A stretch of DNA of 64,000 nucleotides. It comes from Stegostoma tigrinum. Taxonomy: Eukaryota. Position numbers and translations under genes: made by a program. Shown in pieces: positions 40,091-54,252 of this stretch (the first letter of the stretch is position 1; every line of letters starts with the position of its first letter). The notes beneath the pieces were generated by a model. That model worked only from the letters and a program-made list of their open reading frames with translations, was not told the DNA's origin and ran no database searches. The stretch is from assembly GCF_030684315.1 (NCBI RefSeq), contig NC_081388.1, forward strand, positions 12,942,093 through 13,006,092, given 5' to 3'.

Positions 40091-41664
40091 GTATTATCTC
40101 TAATCTTACGAGTTTGTAACTAAATCCCTCTGTTTTTCCACATGACAAGCCTATTTCCCACTCAAAGTGCTTACTTTTCTTCTCCCAAATATTTAAGTAC
40201 CATGCCACCTAAAGCATTTTGACCATTCTGCTATCTCAATATAGCAGCTTGCTTTGGATGTCAATGATTAATTCTGTTTCTAAATGGAGTTTTGTCCCTC
40301 TAGCCCTATAGCCAATGGAAGTCACTGATATACAGAATAATTACAAATAGTGCCAGAACAGAATGCTGTTGAACACTACGAACCACTTCCAAACAGAAAC
40401 TGCTCTTAATTTTAAATTTTTAGTCTTTGATGGTCAAAATGTAGTTTGTTAACATTGCTCTAATCTTAAAGACCCCTAAATCAATTCCAATAGTTTCATG
40501 CTACATACCTTGTCAAACACGTTTAAAACAGCATCCAACACATCTGCTACAGCCTAAAGAACTAGTGGACATGCCAAACACAATCTCCCTTCCTACAACG
40601 TGTGAGTTGTTTCCAGACATCATCTCTTCATCTAAATATTCAGTAATTTAGTTTTTAATTAAAGATATTAACATCTGTGCTAGGGCAAATGTGAAGTGTA
40701 CTGTAATTACTTAGAACTGTTGTCTTCCTTTTGCAAAAATGACTACTCTCTTGACCTACATAACACATTCACCCCCAACTGAAGCCTGAAATAAAGTTTT
40801 TAGATTCTCTGCCATTTCTTCCTCCATTTCCTTTAGGCTTTACCCTATCAAGGTCTGGCATATTGTGCTTCTTTAGTTTAACTAACCTCTAATATTTCCC
40901 TTTTATTAACTTTTAAATGATTTAGGATTTGCCTGCTCTCCAACAGTTTGTGACATTCAACGAAAAGGTTTAAATATCACGGTCATTCTTTGTTCATCTT
41001 TTACTAATTCACTTGCTTCTGTGTGTTCCATTGCTAAATTTCTAGCCATAACAGTACAAATGCAGAACTGCATGTCAAGGAAAGAACTGGCTCCTCAAAA
41101 TGGCTACATAAAGAATTTACCAATGCCAAAGAGCTGCTGGCATTTCACCTTTGGGCCATGGACTACAATATAACCAAAATGACTCAAGCCTCTTCTGTTA
41201 ACTGTTTGTAAGTATCTAAAGTGATCTAACCTCGAGTTAATCTCAGTGTAGATCCTAATGAACAAAGATCCACTGCATAAGACTCCTCCTATTTGTTACT
41301 TTTTTATATGACATGTTCAAACCTAAATAAAGACCTTTATGCAAAGACACCAAAAGTGTTTTAGCCATTAAAAGTTTTAGATTAGTGCAGGACAGGAAGT
41401 TGTTAATGTTTGGAACAAAGGCATACTGGTGTATCAGAACAGAAAGATCTTTATGCTGCACTTATCAGAGGTATATACCACATGGAACACCCGAGGTCAC
41501 ATCTATACTCCTCACTTTGACGTGCAAAATAAAATCATGCAATGGCTACTCAAATGCTGTGCACTGCAGACTGGAATGAGTGCACAGCTTGTAAATCAGC
41601 TAGGCAGGCTGGGATGGTGAGTAATTTTCATCCCTGTATAACGTGGTGTTGAGATTGCTGTTAC

Positions 41665-41754
41665 CTTATTAGGATCCAGTTTAGCTTTGTCAACCGGATT
41701 GGAATCTTTAATAATCTCAGCAGCCTCTTCACCAAATTGGTCACGGTAAAATTC
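41665..41754 (-). CDS. DOCK6: DOCK6 exon: [30 protein letters not shown]
   Basis: cag|...|gtaaca, 90 nt; absent from the ORF track. Confidence 0.92.
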
Positions 41755-42084
41755 CTGTCACAATGCAGAACACAATGATTTAATGACAGCATATACAGAA
41801 ACCCCATTAAAATTTCAGGACTCATAAGTACATAGTATTAAGTCACCTAGTGGTGGTGTTATCAGGTCATTATTTTGCATTTCACAGCATCAGACTATAT
41901 TTCTATATAACAAGGATGCTGTTTCATCTTCTCAGTGATTATCTATCCTGGACCTTCCAGCATGAACGGTAGGACACAATCCCGATAGGTCATGCCCAGG
42001 ATACACTCAATGTTCACTGAAAGTGGTACTTTAATGGTTAAATCCCATAGTCTCATTACTGTCAGAATTATGTGTCAACCACAT

Positions 42085-42667
<583 letters not shown>

Positions 42668-45600
42668 CTATGTAAAGTGGAGATTAGAGTGTGTAAACAA
42701 ACAAAGCAAAGCAGTGACATGTTCAAACCTCCACTCACACTCTATCGCTTAAATCTCATTATTTGTCCAGTATTACTTTTATCAAGGCAATCTGGTAAGG
42801 GCTAAAGACTGTAGCTCATTGTTAAAGGTTTAGTTTGGCTGGCCAGCAAATATGGCTTGAAGACCAACGTTGATTTCTCTCTGCTTGTTAATGTGCCCTC
42901 AACTTAGATTAATTTCTTGTCCCACTAATGCTTTTAAATATTTCAATGGCAATTAAGGCTCCCTTAGAAGGGCTGTACTACTTTAGTATTACATTTTGCA
43001 AGTTCCCCTCTTAGCCCCTCTAAATTGTGCAGAATTTAAGATGTAGCCAGACTGAAATTGACTAAACACATTTCAATCATTCTGTAGGCCTCAACTGGAT
43101 CATTCATTTCTCTCTCCATTCGCTTTCCAGAAAATAATTTCTGACATAAATGGTTACAACTGCCAAAGTGGTCAAAGCTGAGCTAGCACCCCAGGCTATT
43201 AATCAAGAATATCAACATACAATCTGATGATGCCAAAGCAGATTGAGAAAATGCATAAAATGATTTTAATTTCATTAACCCTCTGAGGGATGAAGATAAA
43301 TCCAGTAACTGAGTAGAAAGCAAAAGGGAGAGGCCAGAATGAAAATGATTTTAACAGAGAGGCCAGGAAGGTGTGGGCAGCCTGTTAGCATCTGAAAAGC
43401 GCAGCAAAGTTGGGAAGTGCGGACCTGAATGATTTTAACCGCCAGGCCTCAATTAAATAAGTTTAGGCAGTTTCCCATCTGACAACCAGCTGTCAGTCTT
43501 GACAGCCTGGCTTTTGGGTCGGAATGCCTTATAGCATCAGGAAACTATGGCTAAGAAATCTTGGGAGATATTCCCCAGTGGTCAGTTATGTTGGGTGGGG
43601 AAGACATTTAATTATGATACACGGAGACAGAAGATCATGGTTGCAGGGATTCAAAATAAAGGTAGAAAAGTTGGTTGATTGCAGTGATTGGGACCTTCTG
43701 TATTTCTGCAGTACTCCCTAAATGTTTGGTCAAATTTTGTTCTTGTAAAGGTTAGGATGTCTGTGGTTGGTAATGATACTTAGTACTGAGCATAAGATTG
43801 AATAAATGTGAACCACTGTGTAAAAGAATGTTCTTTTACACTCCCTGAAGATTCAGACTTGACTGCATCATCACACCGCTGATATTGTTGACTTCACCTA
43901 TGCTTTATTTCCAGATCTTATACTTCAACAGGCTCCTGCACCAATCAACAGGCTTGGATACCTCAGTAACACCCACTCAGGTCGAGACACTGCTGCAGAC
44001 TTATTTGACAGGACAAGGCCTACATGCTGTTGAGTGAAGAGCTGATAGGACCGAAAGGCCAGGTTTTAACACATTGCAGTGCTCACCCTTCCCAAATTGA
44101 TAAGTCACTTGTACAGACTTTCACTCAGTTAGCAGATACTTAGAGAAATTTTGATAGTTGAAATAATGTCCAAGAATAGGAGTTGATTGAAGAAATGACT
44201 GATTGAACACCAGAAGTATTTGAATTAATTATTCATCCATTTTAAGCGACCTTCAGTACAAATAATATAATCACTGTAAGTCTGTAAAAAAATTAGAACA
44301 ACTTACCGTAGGATGGAGTGAGGGGACAAGGAGGACCAGCGGCAAGTGGAATAAAGGAGAGAGCACACAGAAAGAATCATCAATGGATAGACTTTACACC
44401 AATCACCAATTATATGTACAGGTATCCACCCTTGACACCAAGGTGTGAGTGCTGCTGCCAAGATGGATGGTGTGAGAACAAAATCAATTCCTACCTCATC
44501 AAGTTTCATTTCCCTCCCTCTATCCCAAAAGACACGTAATTTACAAGCTGCTGGATGATCAGATGACTCCTACCGATCAGTAAATTGTCATCGTTCTGTG
44601 CAGTTTGAGAACAGTGAATAGGCAACACCTTGCTCTTCAGAGAGCTATCATTCTAAGTTTGGACTGTGTTTCCTGACTGGCAGCAGCAGTTCACCTCAGG
44701 GTTTGTCACAGGGAAACCACAGCATACCTTCCCCCAACTACCTCCAACCTGATAACAGGTAGAAGGCACAATTTTGGCTGAAGAGTTGTCACACGTTACG
44801 GTCAATGCTTTCGGTTGAACCTCAATTGAACATGTAACTGGGTCATGTATCGCTATAAAGCAGAGGCATCTCTCTCACAGGCTCTGAATCAACTCTGTTT
44901 AAGATAACCATGAACTAGAGCCCCAAGATTAGAATGAACAAGTTCCAAACTATCAGGTGAGCTCAATGCTGCAGTAAGTTTCTCAACTTAAAACTCCACC
45001 TTGGTCGCTTATGAAGCTTTCAACATCAGCACCTCAATATAATGTAATGGCACACAATGGAGTAACTTACCAGAGGCAAGGGCTTATTGATGACAAAATA
45101 GTTCACATCCCACCACACACACAGACACAAACAAACAGAAAAACTATTCAGCAGGAGTACATCCCTGACTACATGGCGCACACAGTCTTAGCAAGAGCTA
45201 TGTTGTAATAAGAAACCATTTTACAGCAGCCTTTACAAAGTACAGGGGACAGTGACTTCATTAAAGCATCACGCATCCTGCCTAATGCTTTAGAGTCTTA
45301 ATCTCCACACGGACATAAAACCTGCTGGCTTTCCTCAATAAACCACTGCTTCCTGCATCTTAACACAAGTTACAGTGTTTTATGACCCAAGGGCTAATGG
45401 CTCATCTGCCCAGAATCCAACACAGCCATAATCAAGCAGCAACCTTTTCCAGCACATCAAGCATTTGGTTCGGATCCATCAGAATGTCACTTTGTGTTTT
45501 AAAATCAATCAAGATTTTAATTTTCACCTACTCCACCTCAACCACATTCACGTTTTTTTTAGGGCATGTGCCAAATTTAAAATTTGTCTTGTGTTTCTAT

Positions 45601-47000
45601 GCAGGTTTTCAAAAACACAGGAAAAGAGCAACCTACACATTGACTACCCTTTCCCACTCCCATGGAGTTGGTGGGAGGAAGCCAGCAGATGTGTTATCAG
45701 GTATGCTGCAAACACAAGCAGAAACAGCTGTGTGAGCCACAAGATGTGTGCGATGGAAATTATTTGGTTATAACATGACTTGAAGGCCAGTGTTACAAAT
45801 GATGTGATCACGCTGGGAAGCGTCTGTCAGTGAGCAATACAGGGTGACTATGGAACTGTCAGGCAATGGGATATTAACTTTAAGCTCTCTTCAGGCAGCC
45901 CTCTGGATTTATCAGTTCACTGAAGAACACGGAGGCACTCCCTAGAAATTCTGAATGGGAGCTCATTTCCCATCTGAGAAATTTAATTTGACAATTTAAA
46001 GACAGGTGTGGAATTCACCTCATTTTCAATACTAAGGGCTCAGCATCTTAGCTTTCTTCCTTAGTCTGAAAGACTGACAGAGAAATGCCTCCAGTATACC
46101 AACAATATTGTTCCCAAGTCAGCAGTGTTCAGAGAGGGACACCTTTTCTCATTCTCAAGACGCAGATAGCCTTAACTTCTACAAAAGCAGGCGAAACTCA
46201 TGCTTCAGGTGAAGGGCAAGTGCAAACATCTCAGGGCAAGGGTTCAAGGCTCAGAACCCTGGGCAGTCTTCCAGCTTCTCCTTTGACTCATGTGTCTCCC
46301 AATCATAAATGAGAAAACTTGGTATTGACCAAGACCTATTCCCCATAATTATAAAGTGGCTCAGATATACAGCCCAGAAGTTAACTGATTAGAATCCTAA
46401 TCTGCGCTAAATTAATTAATCTACATTGGGCATCTGTATTCCTGTGTCCTGAGAATGGAGAAAATTTCCTATGAGTTTGGTTCCTGCCCTCTAACCTATA
46501 TGCATGTGGAGGAGTGAGAACAGCATCAGGCTGGCTTTTTACAGCCTGCAGTTGTCTGGTGACACTCGCTGTCTAGGCAACATCAAGGTTGAACCTCAAA
46601 CCATGTGGCAATAGAAAGTGAACAGTGAGTCAGCATGAGGGTGGAAAAATTAGAAACACACTTTAAAACGTCAAGTGGGACAAGCTAAGAGCAGCTTGCC
46701 TACTGACCTCAAGAAGGAAATGGTGTAAATGTGAAGGAAACAAAGACCGGAAGAAATCATTGGAAACGGTATAAAAATAAAACCAACAGAAATGACTAAG
46801 TGTCATTCTTTCCTCCCTCCCGACCCTAGACAATCCAATGGCTGCCTGAAGCAACTTCCAAAGCCTGCACCCAGTTAGTTAGAACAGGAGATATTTTCCA
46901 GTTGGAGTGTGCGTTGTCTCCTCATATAACACAGCCACGACATGCAAAAGCACCATCATCATACAAACAATTCAATCCGCACGGAGTGCATGCAGCCTAC

Positions 47001-47015
47001 CTCCCAGCCAGAACT
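47001..47015 (-). CDS. DOCK6: DOCK6 15-nt microexon SSGWE
   Basis: cccctctctgtccatgtgcag|AGTTCTGGCTGGGAG|gtaggc; matches human DOCK6 HQ-SSGWE-RVFG and DOCK7 STGWE as recalled. Confidence 0.85.
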
Positions 47016-49892
47016 CTGCACATGGACAGAGAGGGGGAAGGGGAGAAACAAAGTGAGAGAGACAAAATTCACTGATCAATTAATACTCAAACAGATCCAG
47101 GAGTTAACACACAATGCTGAGGTAAGGACTACACTCATTATTATGTTGCACTTCAGAGCCATTTAAAACCTTTAATCAAAAGGATGGTTTATCAGTGTGT
47201 TCTGGCAATGACAGCTCTAAAGTGCACAAATCAGGCAACACTGCAGCAAATGTCAAACATGGCTGTACAAACCAGCAGAGTGAGGGGTGTACATTACTCA
47301 GTATCATTTAAGGGTAAGGGATTTATATCAATGCAATAGCGAGGGGAATATATCAATTAATGTCACAAAAAGGGGTCTATTTCACTCTCTGTCACAGTGA
47401 GGATTTTGTATTCGTCAATGTCACAACGACGGATTTACATTGCTCAATGTCACAGCCAGGGGCATATATTTGCTACTGAAACAATACATCCCAGATGCTG
47501 TCAATGCAAAATGTACATAGTCAAGGTCACAATAAAGGGCATGAATCAGCCAGTGCCACAGTAAAAGGTACACTAGGGCCATTGTCAAAGCCAAAGGAAT
47601 GCAGTACCCACTGACAAAGAAAGGGGGAGGAGGGGAAATAAATTGCTCAGGATCACATTTATCAAACGGCACCTTGGCAAAGAGCAACTGTACATTTGAC
47701 ACTTTACGCTTGATGTTTTCATTCCATTGTAGGAATCCTACCAAGACACTGCCTCCAATAATCAAGTTAAGTCACAAAATTCTCACATCTCACCATGCAG
47801 CCTACAGTTCGAGTCCTTGCGAAGAATGTAAGATTTTCCTTTCCAGAGCTCAAAACTTCAAACCATTCTGTTATTGTACCTTTACAGCTTTGGACATCCA
47901 TGTCTTCAAGGTGGAAGGAAATGAGACATTGGCACCAGGTAGTAATTTCAGGGCCACCAGGAGGGGGTGGGTGTCAGTGTAGAGAATATGTCAACAAAAG
48001 GACAGCAGAAGGACAAATGGACTCAGCAGTGATCATCAAAACTGTGTTCACTACTTATAACCAGGACAAGGAATGCTGAAAAGGGTAACCAAAACAACAG
48101 GGGTTTCAAAATTCTGTCTCTTTAGCAGTGGACTGAGACAAGACGAACCTATACTACTGATAACAAAACTGTAAAAGCAGCAGGCTGTCACAGAAGTTTT
48201 CTGAGCGATGTGCCAAGCATTGAATTAGGTTGAACACCTTGGCTGATGGGGTTAATTCCAACACTAGGGCTAGTTGGGAAAGAAGATGCACTTTAAATCT
48301 GAGAATGAAAATTAATCTCAAGAACTAAATTTATCATTCAGTATCATTTTTTCTATGAATTACTTAGAATTTTTGGGATAATTCTCAGCAGATTAAAACG
48401 TGCGTGTTCATTTGCATTTTGACTTTTGTTAAAGATGTTCTATGTTATTCCAGTAACACCCCTATACTGTTTGAAGAATGGCTGGATATGAAATACTGAG
48501 CAATCTGGAACTTTTCTGACCTTCCTTGGATAACAGTCAATATGATCCATGACAGACTGCATACCCATAGCACAGTGTTTATCTTTCAAGAGGGCCACGT
48601 ATCAGAATTTGCCTGCACTGCTAAACCAACATAAGTCACGGTCACTCATCAGATTTGACAGCTTGGATTGCAATCAGCCGTAAACTGATGGTACATAGCA
48701 TCTTGAGCCAATGTTTTAGCCACTTAGCTCAACCGTGTGGCATGTTGGTTTCTATTAGGATATTGGCAGGTACAGCTTAATCAGGATTTTGGAACTGACT
48801 GACAGCATTTTAAATACAGTTCAAAGTTCTGTGTGTTATTTCTTTGCTTGCATAGGTGATTGGTCACACACCTGACTGGTGCAGCAGCCAGTAGTTTTAT
48901 CAATAATCTCTAAGCAGTACACTATCGCCATCTCATGGCATGGACTAGGTCCTGCAAGCATGCTGCCACTGCTTTCTAAACTTCGTTTTTTTAACCCCCC
49001 CCACCCCCTAACTGGAATAATAATTCTTGTCACAAGCATCTGTACAAGTCCGTGGGTTTGTGCTGCTGAAAGCTGTAGCAGCCCTATCCACTGGGACCAG
49101 CAAAGCTTTGGAGTCTGAGCTCATCCAAAACCCTGCAGCCCATATCGGAATTTGCATCAAATCCCATTCACCCAATATCTTTGAATGTGATGACCAATTA
49201 CATACTCATTCAGCAATGCCTCATTTTTAAGGTCATCCTCTTTTGTTCAAATGCCTCCATGTCCTCACTTCCTCGTTACCTCTGTAACATCCACGCTCTC
49301 TGAGCTCTTTGCAGCTCTCCAATTCCCCGCTCTGACTGATTTCCATCTGGTTATTGGTAGCTGTGCTTTCAGCTACTGAGACACCAAGGTCTGGAATTCC
49401 CTCCTAATCATGTCCACCTCCTTTCTTATAATATGTCCCTTAGAACCAACCTCTTCAACCAAGCTTTTCCTCATCTGCCTTAGAATCTCTGTGTCTTCAG
49501 GGTTAAATTTGCTCTGATAACACTTGAAGAGCTAGAGGGAATTTTTGTATACATTGCATGATAAAGTCTGATAGATTTGGCAAGGTAACTAGGGCAGATG
49601 TGACATACTTCCCAGAGTGCTGCAGTGAGAAAACAGGCAGATTACAATGCAGCCAACTCCACTGACAACTCGTGAGTGCAGACCATCCTCCCTCTTGATT
49701 TACAAAGTCAAGTGTGGGGGGAGGAGTGCTTAATGAGGAAGGGTTTTAGCTAGAGTGACGGACAAGGACACCCACTGCCACCAAATATCGTATAAGTTTT
49801 CAAAAGGCTTATTTATAATTATGTTTTTCCCATGTTGCATTTACTGAACAAAATCCTAAGCAAAACACAGCTATTGCATTAACGTGCAATAC

Positions 49893-50024
49893 CTGATTTG
49901 GAATTTTGTTAAAAGCATCTTGTAGTCTTCCATGGATTGTTGCCAGTTTCTTACTGTCCCGGTTGGCTTCATGGATTGGGATCAGGATCTTGTACACTTC
50001 ATTTACAGCTTCATGCATCCCAGC
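49893..50024 (-). CDS. DOCK6: DOCK6 exon: [44 protein letters not shown]
   Basis: cag|...|gtattg, 132 nt. Confidence 0.93.
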
Positions 50025-50556
50025 CTGGACAGTAAAACAAAACACACTGTCAACATTAGATCTGAACAGCTGGATGGAAAGGTTCCTACCTCCAGAAACT
50101 TCCACCAGCTCAAAATTGATGAGCAGATTGGCAGCACGACAATGGCTCATCCTTAAGCACTGAGCAACCACCAGAAAATTGTTTCTTAATGAGGAAAGAT
50201 ATTGATGCAGCAGATTTGCTGTTCAGTTTGATGCACATTACGTTATTACAGCTTGTTCCCACGACACAAGCATATCATGACATAAGGATATGCTACCATA
50301 AAGGACGCTGATATTTTAACTGTGTGGTTTTCCTCCAATACATTATGGTACTGTGGTAGGATTTTATAGCTTGAACAGTACTATCTGGACTGGGAGCAGG
50401 TGGTGGGTAGGTGGCGTGCAGATATGGAATAGATGTTAAGGATGTAACTCCAGGTACAGGACAGGGATTCCCAAATGTATAATTAGAGTGAGTGGAAAGG
50501 AATGAGACCCAAATTAAAACAAAACAAGAGGGAAGACAACAAAATGTATTGCATAC

Positions 50557-50700
50557 CATTGTAAAGGAGGATGCCGCTTGCTCAAGCAATCCCACCAGAC
50601 CAGCTTCTGTGAAATATTTCCCGGCACAAATTCCTTCTTCGTCAGGAGAAAGAACATCATCTGATACAGCTGATTCCTCGAGAACATTCGATGATATGTT
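50557..50700 (-). CDS. DOCK6: DOCK6 exon: [48 protein letters not shown]
   Basis: aag|...|gtatgc, 144 nt. Confidence 0.93.
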
Positions 50701-51506
50701 CTTTGGGAAAGAAAAGGCATAGAATTGTAAATTTAAATTAAAACCAATTCTTAATCCCAATTTAAATTATATAATAGTTTATATTTATATAGTGAGTTTA
50801 ATATAATGAGATTTCCCAAGGCATTTTGAGGGAGCATTATAAAATAATGTATAACACTGAGCCATTTAAGGAACTATCTGGCTGGAGGACCAAAAGCCTG
50901 ATTGCAAATATTGGTTTTAAGAGGTACTGTGAAGGAGGAATGCTTATAGAGAAGTAAAGCTTGGCGCCTAGGCAACTTGAGGGATCGCAATTATTGATGG
51001 GAACATTAAAATGAAGGATATTCAAGGAGGTTAGATGACTGCAGTCTCTCAGAAGGTTGTAGAGCTAGAGGAAATTACAGAGACAAGGACAGGCAAGGCT
51101 GCGAACAGAACACTGTGAAACCAAAAAGGAGGTTTTTAAAATCAAATCATTGTTTGTCTGGGAGACAATCTGGGCCAGTGGCCACAGAACTGATATGGGA
51201 ATGGGTCACGGGCAAGTTAAGGGCCCAAAGTAATACATACTTTTCCACTCTGTTTTGGGAAACACACAAATTAGTACTCAAAGGCCCTAACAGTTTCTTA
51301 TCATGGCCAAGCTTTTGTCAGCTACAATGGCAATTGAGATATTTTCAGTCAATAAGATGCAAGTGTTTCTTGAAAATGACCTGAGCACCATCCTTGTTTA
51401 ACGTGCAATAAATAGCACTCAGTGCTGAGGCGGTCCTGTCCAGCTCAGAGATACTTAACAAACCACATGAAAATTTAAAATGGATACTACACCTCTATTA
51501 GTTCCT

Positions 51507-51750
51507 AAATAAAAACCAAAAGAACTGTGGATGCTGTAAATCAGGAACAAAAACAAAGTTGCTGAAAAAGCTCAGCAGGTCTGGCAGCATCCACAGAAGA
51601 GAAAACAGTTAATGTTTTGGGTCCGGTGACTCTTCCTCAGAACCTTCCTCTGTTCTGAGGAAGGGTCACCGGACCCGAAAGGTTAACTCTGTTTTCTCCT
51701 CCATAGAAGCTGCCAGACCTGCTGAGCTTTTCCAGCAATTTTGTTTTTGT
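51507..51750. mobile_element. Fold-back Penelope-derived element (family B) with a hammerhead motif at 51652-51687 (+)
   Basis: Inverted arms ~51546-51643 and 51652-51751; TCTATTAGT duplication at 51494-51502 and 51751-51759; GTT-CTGAGGA-A-GGGTC-ACCG-GACCC-GAAA-GGTT-AAC. Confidence 0.85.
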
Positions 51751-52335
51751 TCTATTAGTCCGTGACTGACTAAGTGAGAGCTGTTCTTATCTGCCCTTTA
51801 CCCAGTCCCAGGAACCCAGTTCCTTGTAACACATCAAAACAAAACAAAATATACAGATGCTAGAAATCTGCATGAGGTAAAAAATTCTGGAAAGATTCAA
51901 AAGATCAATCAGTATGGAGAACAGAATAAATCTTGTAGATTAACGTCAATGGGGAGGTGATGGCCTAGTGGTATTATCGCTGGCATGTTAACGCAGAGTC
52001 CCATATAACATTCTGGGGACAGGGCCTCGAATCCTGCCTTGGCGGATGGTGGAATTTGAATTCAATAAAAATATCTGAAATTAAGAATCTAATGATGACT
52101 GTGTCAATTCATTGTCAACTGTCCGAAAAACCTATCTGGTTCACTAATGCCCTTTAGGGAAGGAAACTGCGACGTTTACCCGGTCTGGCCTATATGCGTC
52201 TCCGACGTGGGTGACTCCTAACTGCCCTCTGGGCAATAAATGCTGCCTAGCCAGCGATGCTTTCACCCCGTTAATGAAAAAAAAATGATCAGAGCTGGAT
52301 GACAGATTCTGATATGCCATCTATCTGAAATGTTA

Positions 52336-52629
<294 letters not shown>

Positions 52630-52745
52630 TCAGGACACAGATGTTAGTCCAAAGCTGGTGGACTTAAGCTGCATTTGAATACTGTCAATCTTGTAGCAAG
52701 CAGAAAGAAACAATGAATTAGTAAAAGAACAGAAGTATGTCCTTA

Positions 52746-52874
<129 letters not shown>

Positions 52875-53660
52875 TCACGTCAAAATCATTAAAAAAAAAC
52901 TTCCTATACTCTAATAACATAAAGAAGAATGACTACTGATCACTTTCATAATTCATTCAATTACATCAAATACTGAAGACCTTTGTCTTGCGCTTACCAG
53001 GAAAAACACAAGTCTGCCAAATTTCAAACTAAAATTGTTGAATGTTTGAAATTTGTCATCCTTACATTTGTCATAATGAGAGCAAAACAAAGAAAAGAAA
53101 ACCTCAGTACCACATTTCCCTTTTCAGCAATATTCAACTTCCGTGGACCAAGTGACTCTTTGTATATTTTTAATTAAATATTTCATGACGTATAATCAAC
53201 CTCAGATTTCATTCCAGAGGTCCATCTGGCTGCGTCTTCTCATCTCCAAGTAATAGCCAGGAGCTCAGACTGGCTTCCAATGGCTTGGTAAGGAAATCAT
53301 TTCGCTCAGCCCATTTCTGGGATACAGACATCCCACCACTCATTGATATTCAAAACTGAAGTAGTGATTAAGTTGTGCAAAATAGTAGGGCATGTTGTGA
53401 GAAGATAATTTAAATGTTCTATGGTCATCATCAGTTTGTGACCTGTATATTCAATGGATTTATAGATATGAGCCTTGTAATTCGGCTACCAACTTCCATC
53501 GGAAAGAATTTTTCCATCTCTCTTTGGTTCGGGGACTGGTTCCAGTGACCAGTCATGTGTCTGAAACGTTAACACAACTTTTCTCTCTCCACAGATGCTA
53601 CCTGAACTGCTGGGTACTTACAGGATTTTCTGATTTATTTATAACTCAAAGATGTTCTAC

Positions 53661-53819
53661 CTGCTCAGCAAAGGTAGTTTCTCTCAGTTCCAGGTCCTCC
53701 TCAGCATATGTCAGAATGGTCTTCAATGAGCGACGAAGGTATTCTTCATTGAAATTTTGGGAAGTGCCCACCAGCGATGACAATGACATTGTGACTTGCA
53801 TTTTCACTCGGGCAAAGTT
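53661..53819 (-). CDS. DOCK6: DOCK6 exon: [18 protein letters not shown]...[14 protein letters not shown]
   Basis: cag|...|gtagaa, 159 nt. Confidence 0.95.
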
Positions 53820-54252
53820 CTGTAGAAAGACAAAATTGTTCATTTATTTTCCTTAGACTTAAGATTATTTCAAGGATTATATGCAAGATGAACTCCCAAT
53901 AAAAAGTGTAAGAGTAGGTGTATGTTCATTCACAAAGAGTGGACTATCAGGGTTAACTTCTTCTGTTAACACCACAATTTCCCCCTTATTCTGTTAAGTA
54001 CGATGCTTTGTATTGCAGAATAAAGGCCACTTTAAGTTCTAAATTATCAACACATGTAGCCTCCATTACAAGATATGGTAGCAATGAGCCACCAGTGATT
54101 TGGCTATTGACTTGCAGAGTTAAATGTGGCTGCTTTCTGGGTACTGCTGCTGGTTCCTTTCCAGGCCAACAGGACTGCTGTAAGTCCTTGGTTAAAGTCA
54201 TCCTTGCTTAATGTTACTTTACTGTATGCAGTTTTGGTCCCAGTATTTAAAA

